Shown here: positions 33,125-44,530 of the stretch, piece by piece
How the letters are laid out: the number at the start of each line of letters is the position of its first letter
Position numbering within the stretch: position 1 is the stretch's first letter
From: Mantamonas sphyraenae STR306
Taxonomy: Eukaryota; Protista; CRuMs
Reading direction: 5' to 3'
Assembly (NCBI GenBank): GCA_026936335.1
Contig: JAPMXV010000062.1
Span: 124,001-188,000 of the forward strand
DNA: 64,000 bases
Made by a program: the position numbers and the translations under genes
Notes under the pieces: generated by a model
What the model was told of the DNA's origin: nothing
Database searches by the model: none
What the model saw: the letters and a program-made list of their open reading frames with translations, nothing else

Positions 33125-35796
33125 TCACACGGCATCCTGTTTGTGCTTGAGGCCGTCTTCGAGGACAAAGATGCCGTTTGTGCGGTTGTTGAGAAAGTGG
33201 TCGAGGTGGCGGATAAAGGGTTTCTGGCGATTGTCGTGGTAGATGCGTGCCACCATGGCCACGGCCTGGCTGAAGGTGTTGGGACGCAGTTCGGGCACCT
33301 CTTCGAGGGAGATGGAGAGGAGAGAGGAGGCGTAGAGAAAGATGCAACGCAAGAGCATGTTGGACAGTCGGTCGCTGATGAGCCCCCAGGATTTGATCAC
33401 CTGCTCAAAGGTGTCGTACCCCATGGTCGATTCGCCCTTGAGGTAGCTGAAGAAGATGTTGCGGAAGCGTGTGCGAATGCGTGTGCTGCCCAGGTACTTC
33501 ACCACCTTGTCGCTCTCCACCACCGCCATCTGGGCATCCAGGCGGTTGAAGATGGGGAATCCCGTGGTGACAATGTCTGTGCTGATGAGATAGGCCAGGC
33601 GGTCGGACACCCGTTGGATGTCCCTGTACTTGACGTTGGCAATGCGCACCAGCGAGCCAAAGAACTCATCCAATCCCATCAGGTTCACACTGTCCTTTGT
33701 GCGCACCGTACGCCCCATGGTACTGCTGCTTCCTCCACTGCTGCTGCTGCTGCTGCTGATGCCTCCACTGCTGCCGGATCCGCTGCCCCCGGAGCCGTCG
33801 TTGCCTCCGCCCGGTTTGGTTTGCGATTGCGTAAACACAATGTCCACGTTGGCGTCCTTGAATCCGTTGCCAATCAGGTGGCATTCCTGGCAGAACTTCT
33901 TGAACTGTTCCCTGGACATGGTGGACAGGTCGTTCACACCCGTGGTGTGTGCCGTACTGTGGTAGTTGAAGACAAACTTGAGCATGATGGCATTCTTCTT
34001 GATCACCTCCCAGCACGCCTGCATTTCCGCCTGCAGCGCCTGGTCCAGCACCTCTGCCTGGGTCATCTTGGCCAGGGTTGAGTCCAGTGTACGCAGTTTG
34101 TTGCTCACCTCGTCGTCAAACGCCTGCACGAGATCGGAGGGGAAGTAACCGATGTGACCATCATGCTCTCCCTTGTGGAAGATGGCCCCATCCTCAAACA
34201 CCACCGAAATGACATCGCCCTTCTTGAAGTGCAACTCCTCATCAGACATTGCACGATGGTCGTACAACGCACGATACTTCACCACACCCTTGCCTGCCAT
34301 GGAAGAGGACGATGACGATGATGACGATGACGATGACGATCCAGCACCACCCAACATCATCAACTCATCCTCATCATCCATCGTCGTCATGGTTCCATCG
34401 CCACCACCGTTGCCGTTGCTGCTGCCCATCAGCATGCGTTCGTCGTCGCTGGAGTCGATGTTGTCCTCTTCCACACGTTCCACATAGTTCGAGGGAAACA
34501 GACCACTGCGCTTGTGGCAATTGCCACGGAACCAACGGGGTCCGTTGCGTGGTGTCTCATGGTACACCACCAGTGTGGCCCCCTTTTTGAACGTCAGATT
34601 CTCCAGGTTGCCACTGTGCACCCCTTGCCCAAAATCCGCCGTTGCCACAACCTGCGATGCATTCGCTGTAAAGTCGCTGGGAAAGATGCCCACGTTGCCG
34701 TCAATGTCCCTTCCATACCACCACGGCTCTCCATTCTTGTCCGTCAGCGCAAATTCGTCCCCTGTGTGTGTGCGCGAGGGTGGGTGGGTGGGTGGTTGGC
34801 ATTTGTTTTTGGCCTGGTGTTAGCATGCACATGGATTGCATCCCTTTTTTCCCCTCTTGTTGCATGGCTTTGTGCTGTGTGGGGTGAGGGCAGTGGAGGG
34901 GGGGGCGGGTGAAGGGGAAGGGAAAAGGGAAAGAGGCGCCGAAGGCAAAACCAACCTTTGGAAAAGCGGATGCCGTTGTTGCCGTCGTCGTCTTCTTCGC
35001 CCTCGTAGTCACGGATGGCACGCACCATCTTGCCACCAGGCATGACCTCGACGTAATGTGATGGGAACCAGCCATTGCTGCCCGAGTTGCTGCCCTTCCA
35101 CCACCAGACGTCCGTTTGGCGTCCAATGACCGTTACGACGTCGCCCTCGGCCAGCTTCAGGTCTTCGCCGTGAGCGTAGTCCACCTTTCCCGAGGCCCCA
35201 CTGGACATTGCCTCGCTTCCACTGCCCGAGCCATTGCCACTGCTGCCACTTGCACCTGCGCCGCCACCACTGCTTCTGCCATGGTTCAGGTTGAAGGCCC
35301 GTGTGGCCTTGACGGTGGCCGATTTGTTGATGTCGTAGCTGATGAGTCGTTTCAGGGTCTCGCGTGGCAGTTTCTTCATCTCCAGCTCAAAGTTCTTGTC
35401 CAGGCCCATGTCTGTGATGTCGATGTTGCGCAACCACACCAATTCCTGCTCTTTGCCCTTCTTCACCTGCACCTCCTCGGCCTTGACGACCTTTTTGCGG
35501 CGGATGCGAGGCGGGGTCTTGGGCCGTCCTGCCCAGCGCAGCGAAAAGGTGCTTCCCGTGCCCAGCACCACACTGATGCTGTCCCCATCCTCCAGGGTTT
35601 CGTTGATGACCTGGTTGGGATCCACAATGTGATCGCCCAGCACCATCCCTTGCGGGGTGAACTGGTTGCGCAGCACGTGGTCCTTCAACATGGAGTACCG
35701 CAACGCAGCCACAAACCCAAGCCAGCGAAGCGTCTGGGCCCCGTGGGCACAATCCACCCCAATGGTTTCGTCTTCCACCACCACGTTGACACGCAT
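33125..35796 (-). CDS. Adaptor: Par3/HAL-N-terminal-like domain, four SH3 domains, helical (EF-hand/p25-like) C-terminus; intron 34955-34762
   Basis: Four SH3 signatures (WW.G...GWFPSHYV; WWYG...GIFPSDF; WFRG...GLFPSNYV; RALYDH...ELHFKKGD...GYFPSDLV). Confidence 0.82.
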
Positions 35797-35890
35797 GTTT
35801 GCTGTGGAGTGTGTTTGCCTCGGCCGACGCAGCTGTACAGTTGTTCACACACATTCATTCACACACACATACGCCACTCAGTTTGCTCGT

Positions 35891-37438
35891 ATGAAGTTTG
35901 CAGACAAGTGTTGGTTGTGCGTTCTGTTGGTGGCCATGGCCATCATTGTGGTGCTGAACTTTTCCGTGGCAGACACGTACGCAGCCACCTACTGCGACAC
36001 TGACCACGAGAAAGAGTGTAACCAACGCACAAACCTCTGCTACTGGTGTCTCGACGAGTGTCTGCCCATGGAACCTTGCAATCGTATGTTGCTGTGCTCT
36101 GTGTGCGCCCTCAACCCAACCCCACACCCCAAACACCCTCTTCCCACCGCTCACCTCACGTTTCCCCCCCCCCCATACCAAACAGCCGACAACATTTACA
36201 CCTGCAATGGCCTCACATTCATCAAGGGCCCCACTGTGACGTGTGACCAGTACCAGGAGGGCTACAGCATGTATGTGTTGCTGTTTGTGATCCTGGTCTT
36301 TGGGACGGTAGCGTGGATCATCGTCCTTGCCGGGGCCCTCTCCTACGGCGTCAATCACACCGAGTTTGGCCGCAAGCATTCACGCTTCATGACCCAAGTG
36401 GCACCTATTGCGGTTGGCGTGTTGCTTGTGGTGATTGCCAACGTGGTCAGTGCACAGTACAGCACCGCTGTGCCACCGGGACCTGCACAATTGTTCCCCA
36501 TGATGCTGTTCGCAGTGGCCTTGTTTGGTGAGGCTGGTGTGTTGGTGTTTGTGCTTGTGCGCAGCATTCACACACGATTGCAGACCACAACCAATGCCTG
36601 GAGCAAGGTGTGGGTGCCTGCTGCTGTCAGTGGCACCATTGTCCTCCTCTCCATCCTCCTCATGGCCACCGTTCCCTACGTCTCCGGTTGGTTGGGTCTC
36701 ACCTCCACCCTTCAGGGCATCGATCTCTTTGGCGTCCAGCTGGCCATGGTCCTGGCCGATCGCAAACCCGATCGCAAACCGTATGCCCTGCAGTCGTTCA
36801 TGGTCATCTTCTTCCTCCTTATCGCCCTTGTGGTGCAACGCATCGACCCCGGTGCCTCTCGTGTCCTCTGGGCCCTGGCTTGCACCTTTTACGCCTGTGC
36901 AGCCGCCATCCGTCTGCGAAACGACGAGTTTGAACGCACTCGCAATCGCGCCATGGAAGCAGCCTTTGCAGATTCGGAACTGCCCGACGACGACGACAGC
37001 GGTGTCAACGGCGACCAGGATGCAACGTCGGCTGACCATGGCAACAACAACGACCAGCAGCAGCTGTATCAGGCCAATTCCGCCGGGGTGGCGGTGCCTG
37101 TCTCTCAGCAGCACACACCACAGCAATCAGAACAGCAGCGACAGCGGCAGCACAACAGCGACCTCAATGACGAGGAAGACGGGATGTGTGCAGGCTTTGA
37201 CTTGCAATTGCTGCTCGTGGTGCTCATCACGATCATGTTCAGCATCATTGTGTTTGTGCCGCACGAAAACTGGAACACACAGATTGGTCTCACCTCACTC
37301 CTGGCCTACATTGCCATTGTCATGATGTCCTATGGCTCCTACCGCCGTAGGGACAATTCTCTCCTGGTGGTGGCTGTCAAATCGGCCATGGAGCGGCCGT
37401 TTGGCCGTGGTGACTACGAGCCAGTTGGCGATGGCTGA
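35891..37438 (+). CDS. Multipass membrane protein (about 10 TM) with a small Cys-rich, PSI-like extracellular module; probable in-frame intron 36084-36185
   Basis: Many hydrophobic segments; C..D...C.....CYWC...C.P...C module; GTATGT...AAACAG intron; C-terminal YEPV motif. Confidence 0.7.
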   Translation: MKFADKCWLCVLLVAMAIIVVLNFSVADTYAATYCDTDHEKECNQRTNLCYWCLDECLPMEPCNRMLLCSVCALNPTPHPKHPLPTAHLTFPPPPYQTADNIYTCNGLTFIKGPTVTCDQYQEGYSMYVLLFVILVFGTVAWIIVLAGALSYGVNHTEFGRKHSRFMTQVAPIAVGVLLVVIANVVSAQYSTAVPPGPAQLFPMMLFAVALFGEAGVLVFVLVRSIHTRLQTTTNAWSKVWVPAAVSGTIVLLSILLMATVPYVSGWLGLTSTLQGIDLFGVQLAMVLADRKPDRKPYALQSFMVIFFLLIALVVQRIDPGASRVLWALACTFYACAAAIRLRNDEFERTRNRAMEAAFADSELPDDDDSGVNGDQDATSADHGNNNDQQQLYQANSAGVAVPVSQQHTPQQSEQQRQRQHNSDLNDEEDGMCAGFDLQLLLVVLITIMFSIIVFVPHENWNTQIGLTSLLAYIAIVMMSYGSYRRRDNSLLVVAVKSAMERPFGRGDYEPVGDG

Positions 37439-37469
37439 ACAACAAAGCACTCCATGATGTGTGATTCGC

Positions 37470-40400
37470 TCATGGTCCCCCCATCCATTGCTCATGGTCC
37501 ACCAGCTGGTCTTCGCTCACGTGCGTAGGGATGGTCTGCAGCAACGCGTCCCACATCGGATGCGTACGCAGCAAACGGCCATGCCCAAAGATCACCAGAT
37601 GGTGCTTTGCACGCGTGATGGCCACATTCAGCCGTTCCGGACTCACCAGGTATCCCAGCTGGTCTGTGCGTGTGGTGCACACAATGACCACGTCGCGTTG
37701 CCCACCCTGGAATGAGTCGATGGTGGCCACCTTGACACGAGCTGGCTTGTGAGCCACCGTCCCTGTGTTGCTCCCACCCACGCGTGCCTCTCGTTCCAGA
37801 TCTTCCTCAGTCATAAATGCCGAGTCTTCCATGGCCTCCTCGCCCTCCTCTTGCGCCTTGGCCAGCGACGCCTGCACCTGCGCGTACACGGGCTCCAGCC
37901 GTTCCTGCACCAACTGGCCTTGCGCGCGATAGTACACCATCACACCGACCTGGTCGCTGCGCACATGACCCCTACCCAACATGCTGCCCACCATCTGAAC
38001 CACCATGCGCGCCTCAAACGCGTTGTTGGAGCTCCCACCCGCACGCTGCTCCTTGCCTTGACCCATGTCCACAAACATCACCGCCGGCAGCTCTGGCACA
38101 AGCGCAGGCCTCGCCTCAGCCTCGATGCCGTCCCGCAGCGCGCCCATGTAGAATAGCCGGTTGGCCAGCAGGCTGATGTCCGGATGGCAGCGATACTGTG
38201 TGCGCAGCAATACGCTCTCCTGCTTGGGCAGCTGAAGCAGACGCGAGAAGAGCGTGCGTTCGATGCCACTTTGGCTTGCTTCCTGACTAACCGCACGTGT
38301 GCTGATGGTCGGTGGCAGCTGCTTGGGGTCGCCCACAAGCAGTGCACGTTGCGCACGGAACCGAGCCAGTGGGATCATGCACATGGGCTCGGGTACCTGT
38401 GACGCCTCGTCAATGATCACAATGGGACAACACAGGTTGTCCAATACGGGGAACGAGGCCGCCGCGCACGTGACGCCGATCACGGGGATGTCCCGCAACC
38501 GTTCCGCCCTCTTGCGCACCTGGCCGCTCTTCAGATCCTTCAGCGTGCGGTTCAGATACTTGCGTTCCTCGTCACTCACTGCTTCCTTGAGCATGTCCTT
38601 CAGATCACGCTCCGCCTCCTGCTCAGCAGCCGTCGTCAAACCCGTCACCGCGTGCGACAGGAGCGGTTTGGCAATCTTGCGCATGGAGCCGACGCGGATA
38701 AAGTCGTGGAAGCCCATTTCCTGCAGTCGCAGCAGGATCTGGTCCACCGCCGTGTTGGTGATGCTTGTGATCAGGATGCGTGGGCCCTTGTCGAAGCTCT
38801 TGACGATGTGGTCCACCAGAGCGGCCAGCAGGAAGCTTTTGCCCGCGCCAAACACCCCGTGCACAAGCTGCACGGGCATCACAGAGGCGCTCGCACGCGC
38901 ATCCACCCACCACCCGTGTACCTTGCGCACAACCGTCTCCTGATCTTCGTTCAGCGTGTGTTCGCTCACCGCCTCTGCCACAGCACCCTCCACGTCGCCA
39001 CCGCCTGCCAGCAATCGCCCTGCCAACGGAGGCTTGACCACTCCTTGCCCACGCAACACCTGCGCCATCAGCCCGCTCTCCAGCCGGGCCGAGTCCAACC
39101 CGGCCAGATTGTCCAGCATGCTCAGCTCGGTGCTGATGTTCATCGCACGCACCGCATACACACGGGTGGTGCGATTCACGGCAGGCAAATCATAGCCTGC
39201 CAGTGGCTCGATGGCCATGGCTCCCTGGCTCGAGGGTCCGTAGAAGACACTGCGTGCCAGCAGCAAGAGCGACTGATGCCCCGCCTGTTGTGCAGAGACA
39301 CCCAGGTCTGGTCGGCTGCTGATCACCCACAGGTCATCCTTGGAGTATACGCTGCTGTGTTCACGATCTTGCACATGCAGCGACGTCTTGTCTTGCATCC
39401 ACGGCTTGGCCCGGCTGCTGCTGCTGCTGCTGCTGCTGCTTCCTCTGCCGTACGGTTGCTTGTGAACTTGCACCAATTCACATTGGCCATAGTAGGCAAT
39501 TCCACGTGCCCTGCACATTCGTTGCAGGCGCACCGCATCCACGGGGCCGTTGGAACCCCGATAGCTCAGCGTCATTTTGCCCTTGCCCTTGCCCTTGCCA
39601 CTGCTGCTGCCACCGCTGCTGCCACTGTGCTCCTTGACCCACTCGTCGTGCCAGTGGAACGAGCACGTCCCTCCGCGCGTCGATTTGCTACACGTGTAGT
39701 ACAGCCTGCCATGGTTCGGCCCTTCCTTCTTCACAGAACGCAACACCATCTTGTCTTGGCTGTGTGCGGAACATGTGGGCGCCTGCACATCCTCGGTGCT
39801 TTGCAATTGCTGCAGGGTCATCACAAACGCGTTACTCAACTCGGCCAGTTGGACGTTCACGTGCTCAGCCACCGCTCCGCTCCACAAGGCTGCGTACTCG
39901 CTCGTGTCCTTCATACTGTTCGGCAGGATGCTACGTCGGCTGTACGGCGCCATCTGCTGCAGCTGCGCCCACGTGGGGAAGTGCAGCTTGGTCGTGCCGA
40001 GCCTCGTTGAACGAGTCGGCCGCTTCGCTTCCACCTCTCGCATCGTAGACGCCCTCTCCACCTTGTGTGGACTCTCTCGATTCACCTCCATGTATCTGGT
40101 TTGTACACTGCCCATTCGTTGCAGCGTTTCGCTGCGTTGGCGCTTGGCTGCGGGCGGCTGTGCCACTGCCTCCGTCTCGACGTCCAACAGCCGCTTAGAC
40201 ACTTCACCGTACAGCAGCTTGACTGCACTTGGCGGCAGAAACGTCATTGCCGATTGCCTGCCTGCCTCTGGCCCGCCCAACGAGAATTCCTGAGCAATAC
40301 GTGCCGGTTTGCTCGAAACGCCGCCCAAGGGCACAGTTCCTGACAACGCCTGTCCACTCGCCCTGCGAAACCCACCTGCTTCTGGTGCCACACTTGTCGC

Positions 40401-40784
40401 GCGTCCCTCGCGCGTCCCTTCCACGGGAGAGATACTCCTCAGCTTGCGTCTGCGCGGCCTCTTTACTCGCTGCATCGAGTATCCGCTGCTCGGCACCGTG
40501 TTTGACGTGCTGTCGCTCGTGCTCTCCTGGCCTTGCGTTCGCTCAGCCACCTGCACCAAATGCCGCTCCCATTCCAGGTCATCGCCCTCCTGAACGCCTG
40601 CAGATCCACCCGGGAAATGTGTCTCCAGCGTGCGGTGGCCCTCGTCTTTCAGCGTCAGCTTGCCTGTGCTGCTGTTCACAAACAGCCATCCGTCATGCCA
40701 CTTTTTCCGCTTCTGTGTCTTTTGTGTCGTGTACAGTGCCACGTGACACACCTCTTGCTCCGTATCCTCAGGTCCTCCGTCCAT
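37470..40784 (-). CDS. ZGRF1: ZGRF1-like helicase (DUF2439, GRF zinc finger, UPF1-like SF1 helicase)
   Basis: LYTTQKTQKRKKWHDG; C..H...LRSVKKEGPNHGRLYYTC...CSFHW; HGVFGAGKS, DEASQ, GDPKQLPP, LRTQYRCHP, TIDSFQG, RLNVAITRAK. Confidence 0.92.
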   Translation of the reverse strand: MDGGPEDTEQEVCHVALYTTQKTQKRKKWHDGWLFVNSSTGKLTLKDEGHRTLETHFPGGSAGVQEGDDLEWERHLVQVAERTQGQESTSDSTSNTVPSSGYSMQRVKRPRRRKLRSISPVEGTREGRATSVAPEAGGFRRASGQALSGTVPLGGVSSKPARIAQEFSLGGPEAGRQSAMTFLPPSAVKLLYGEVSKRLLDVETEAVAQPPAAKRQRSETLQRMGSVQTRYMEVNRESPHKVERASTMREVEAKRPTRSTRLGTTKLHFPTWAQLQQMAPYSRRSILPNSMKDTSEYAALWSGAVAEHVNVQLAELSNAFVMTLQQLQSTEDVQAPTCSAHSQDKMVLRSVKKEGPNHGRLYYTCSKSTRGGTCSFHWHDEWVKEHSGSSGGSSSGKGKGKGKMTLSYRGSNGPVDAVRLQRMCRARGIAYYGQCELVQVHKQPYGRGSSSSSSSSSRAKPWMQDKTSLHVQDREHSSVYSKDDLWVISSRPDLGVSAQQAGHQSLLLLARSVFYGPSSQGAMAIEPLAGYDLPAVNRTTRVYAVRAMNISTELSMLDNLAGLDSARLESGLMAQVLRGQGVVKPPLAGRLLAGGGDVEGAVAEAVSEHTLNEDQETVVRKVHGWWVDARASASVMPVQLVHGVFGAGKSFLLAALVDHIVKSFDKGPRILITSITNTAVDQILLRLQEMGFHDFIRVGSMRKIAKPLLSHAVTGLTTAAEQEAERDLKDMLKEAVSDEERKYLNRTLKDLKSGQVRKRAERLRDIPVIGVTCAAASFPVLDNLCCPIVIIDEASQVPEPMCMIPLARFRAQRALLVGDPKQLPPTISTRAVSQEASQSGIERTLFSRLLQLPKQESVLLRTQYRCHPDISLLANRLFYMGALRDGIEAEARPALVPELPAVMFVDMGQGKEQRAGGSSNNAFEARMVVQMVGSMLGRGHVRSDQVGVMVYYRAQGQLVQERLEPVYAQVQASLAKAQEEGEEAMEDSAFMTEEDLEREARVGGSNTGTVAHKPARVKVATIDSFQGGQRDVVIVCTTRTDQLGYLVSPERLNVAITRAKHHLVIFGHGRLLRTHPMWDALLQTIPTHVSEDQLVDHEQWMGGP

Positions 40785-40910
40785 GTGGGAGCCCCGTGCG
40801 TGCGTATGAGTGTGTCTTTGTGTGTTGGGTTGGATGGAAATGTTGTTCGCGCCTGCGCCCACCGCAACACACACACACACCTCGACGTTCTCCACCACCC
40901 ACCACCTGCG

Positions 40911-43900
40911 ATGATCGTCGACGCCGAACGACTGTGTGATGCCCTCATGGGCACGTATCTGGAGAATGACCAGCGCAAGCGAGAGCTGATCGAGGCAGAC
41001 CTGGCCGAGATGGCCGAAAGCGAGGGTTACGTCGAAGCCCTGGTCAACATCGTGTGCGACGAGGACATCGAGTACCACGTGCGCCAATCGGCCCTTGTCA
41101 ACCTCAAGAACCTGGTTGTGTACGAGTGGGACGCAAACCGAGGCCCCACACGCAAGGAGAAGCAGGAGGGTGCCACCAACTGGGGCGTCCTCCGCGACGA
41201 GGACAAGGAACTCCTCCGCGACAACATCATGGAGATGATCAACAACACGTCTTACCAGTCCCTGCGGTGCGTATACATCTCGCGCGTTCTCCCCGGCTTC
41301 CCACCACCCGTGTTTCCCTTTTTGCTGACGCCGGATTTTTCACGTTGCCTGCCGCCGCCTGCAGAAAGCTTTGGGGCGACATTGTCATCAACATGCTCCG
41401 CACGGACTACAATGACAACAACTGGCCCTACCTCATTGAAGATATCATCAAGGGGGTCGAGTCTGGCGACTTTGAGAACATGTATGGTCCGCTGCTGTGC
41501 TTCCGCAAGCTGGCGACCCATCGCGAGTGAGTTTTCGTCGTTGCATGCGCCACTGCCCATCCCAGCACCCCCTTCCACACCCGGCCTCCCCACACGTCAC
41601 CTTCCCGTGGCCTCCACCCACCCCACCCATGCCATTCCAGGCGCAACCGGCCCGTGTCTACCCTTGCAATGCCCTGCACTGCATTTGGTTCTGCGCTGCA
41701 AATCCGTCCGCGCATTGCACACACTGACACCGCCGCCTGTACTCGTCATGCTTCCCCTCCGCCGACATCAGGTACAAGGACGAGCGTGAGGACATGGTGG
41801 AGCTGGAGGACCGCCTGTTCCCAACCATGTACGAACACATCAAGGTGCTGCGGGAGGACGATTCGACAGAGAGTGTGCTGCTGCAGAAGCTGATCCTCAA
41901 GATCTACTTCAGTTCGTGCCGCGTGGGCCTTAACTCTTTCCAGCGCGACTCGGCAGCGTTCATGGAATGGATGCACTTGTTTGCCGACATGTTGGAGGCA
42001 CCGATACCTGCGGAGCAGGACGAGTGGAGCAACAAGAAGAAGCTCAAGTCGGCGCACTGGAAGCTGAAGAAGTGGGTGCTTCACATCTGGTTCCGCCTCT
42101 TCAACAAGTTTGGCTTCCCATCCCACTTTACACCCGACGAAAACATGGATGCCATCCTGGAGGATGTGGAAGAGGATGAAGAGTTGACGGACGAGGAGAA
42201 GGAGGCAAAGAAGGAAGCCATCCTCGAGGAGGCTGAGGAACGCAAGGAGATGCACACCTTTTCCGTGCAACTCATCGAAGATTACGCAGACACAATGATT
42301 TCCCTCACGGTGGAAGTGATGCGCACTCCTCTGGGCGAGGATCGCTGGATTCACCCGCGTTTGCTGCAGATCGGCCTCAACATCATGACCATTGTCATCT
42401 TCCAGGCCGACACCTACAGCTTCCTGAAGCCGCACATTGACGCCATCCTGTTTGACGTCGTGTTCCCCAACCTCATGATGACGGAGCAGGATTTGCACGA
42501 GTTTGAAAACGATCCGGAGGAGTACATTCGCCGTCTGTACGACGTCGACGAAGAGGTGGTGATGCCCAAACCCGCGGCAGCCGACCTGTTGGCCAACATG
42601 GTGCGTTTCCGCAAGAAGAACATGTTGACCAAGTGGATGAACCACGTGTACACCGTTCTGGAGGACTACCGCGCCGCGGTGGACAACGGAGACGAACCCG
42701 ATTACCTGATGAAAGAGGCGGCGCTGACGGGCATCGGCGTGCTGGAAAACAGTCTGAAGCACAACGAAGACTACCGCGGACGCATTGTGGACTGGATCAA
42801 CGACTACGTGCTGCCCGACTGCACGTGCGAACAGCCGTTCATGCGCGCACGTGCCATCTGGACCATTTCCCAGTACGTCACCATGGAGTTTGACGACCCG
42901 GAAGTGTACAAGCAGTGCCTGGACACGACCCTGGAACTGCTGCAGGACGAGTCGCTGCCCGTGCGCATCAACGCCGCCATCTCGCTGCGCTCCTTCCTGC
43001 AGGACGACGACATCAAAGAGGCGCTGGAGGAACACATGGAGGACATTATGTATGTGCTCATGGGCATGGTGGGCAGTTCCTCCTCCGACGATGTCATCTC
43101 CACAATCACCTCGTTTGTGTACATGTTCCAGGAGGAGATCCGTCCGTATGCACAGGACATGGTGGAAACAATGGTGGAGGAGCTGCACCAGTACATGGAA
43201 GATGGCAAGGACGACGACATCACGTCAGGATTGGCCACCGAGACGCTGCATCTGCTGTCTGTGCTCCTCGGCGTGTGCCAGGAAGACTCGGAGATGATGA
43301 CCGAGATGGGTCACATCATCCACCCGGTCATTGTGGACACGTTGGGCGAAGAGGGCGCCGAGTTTCTGGACGAGGGCATGGAGTTGCTGTCGTACATCAC
43401 CTTTGCCGCCAGCGAGGTGACGGACGAGTACTGGGATCTGTTGCCCATGATGTTCGCTGCCTTCCACGGCTGGGCTTTTGATTATCTGGCCGAGATGATG
43501 CGTCCCCTCATCAATTTCATGGAGCGCGATGCCAAGCACTTTGCCACCCTGAACGGCGGCGAGAATGTGAACGATTGCGTGGGCGTGTGCGAAAAGATGT
43601 TGTGCAACCCGGACAAGGTTGATGCGTACCAGTCGGCCACAGCCATCCAGCTGCTGATCAACGTGGTGCAGTACTGCGAGGGCATGCTCAACGAGGAGCA
43701 GTACAGCGCGTTGTGGAACCACGTCGTGTTCCGTGTGGAGCACAAGGACCATGGCTCCATGGGCATCCTTGTGGCCGATGCCATCTCTGCCCTGTGGTAC
43801 TACGACGCCGAAGAGTCCATGGCCATCCTGTCGGAGAACGACGCTGTGGACCTTGTGATGGACTTTTGGGCCACCACCGCACCCAACATGCAGCGTGCCT

Positions 43901-44467
43901 ACGATCTCAAGATTACCTGTTTGGGTGCCCTTTCGCTGTTGCGTGTGCCCGTGGACAAGCTGCCTGCGCAGGTGGGCGACAACTACGGCGAACTGCTGGA
44001 ACAGACCCTTTCTCTGTACGTGCAGCTCAGCACCATTGCCGAGTTTACGCAGCACGAGGTGGCAGCCATCGAGGCCAAGCGCCAGCAAGAGGAGGAGGAC
44101 GACCTGAAGGCCCTCACGTATGACGTGGACCTGGAAGACGACGAGGACGCCGCGGTGTTTGCCGGCTCGCAGTTGCAGCAGATGCGTGAGGAGGTGATTC
44201 GCGCACGCATGGGTGACTTTGAGCTGGTGGATGACGATGACATGGATACCCCACTGGAGGATGTCGACGAGTGGCAGGCGCTGGAAGAGTTTCTCGAGCA
44301 CATGCGCACGAACGAGCCCTGACATGTACAAAGAGCTCATCGAGGAGTGCAACGAGGACATGGCCCAGGATCTCGACGTCATCATGCGCATGATCGAAGG
44401 CGCCAACAAGAGCCGCGACGCAAAGGGCCGTCGATCAGACAAGGGATTCCGATTCAGCTCTCACTGA
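40911..44467 (+). CDS. IPO7: Importin-7/8 (Nmd5/SAD2) karyopherin; exons 40911-41266, 41365-41526, 41772-44322, with a +1-frame C-terminal extension to 44467
   Basis: IBN_N VRQSALVNLKN.V...W; HWKLKKW; FENDPEEYIRR; PFMRARAIW; LPVRINAAISL; acidic C-terminal loop with TPLEDVDE. Confidence 0.9.
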
Positions 44468-44530
44468 AGGGTTGGAAATGAATACGTAAAGTGTCGACAA
44501 TCCAGCTGCATTCCATCAGGTCACACCAAA

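Noticed and set aside
3340-39440. Frequent poly-Ser/Gly/Asp tracts in many genes as a functional system
   Set aside because: Encoded by different trinucleotide repeats (AGC, TCA/TCG, GGT) in linkers; consistent with genome-wide slippage.
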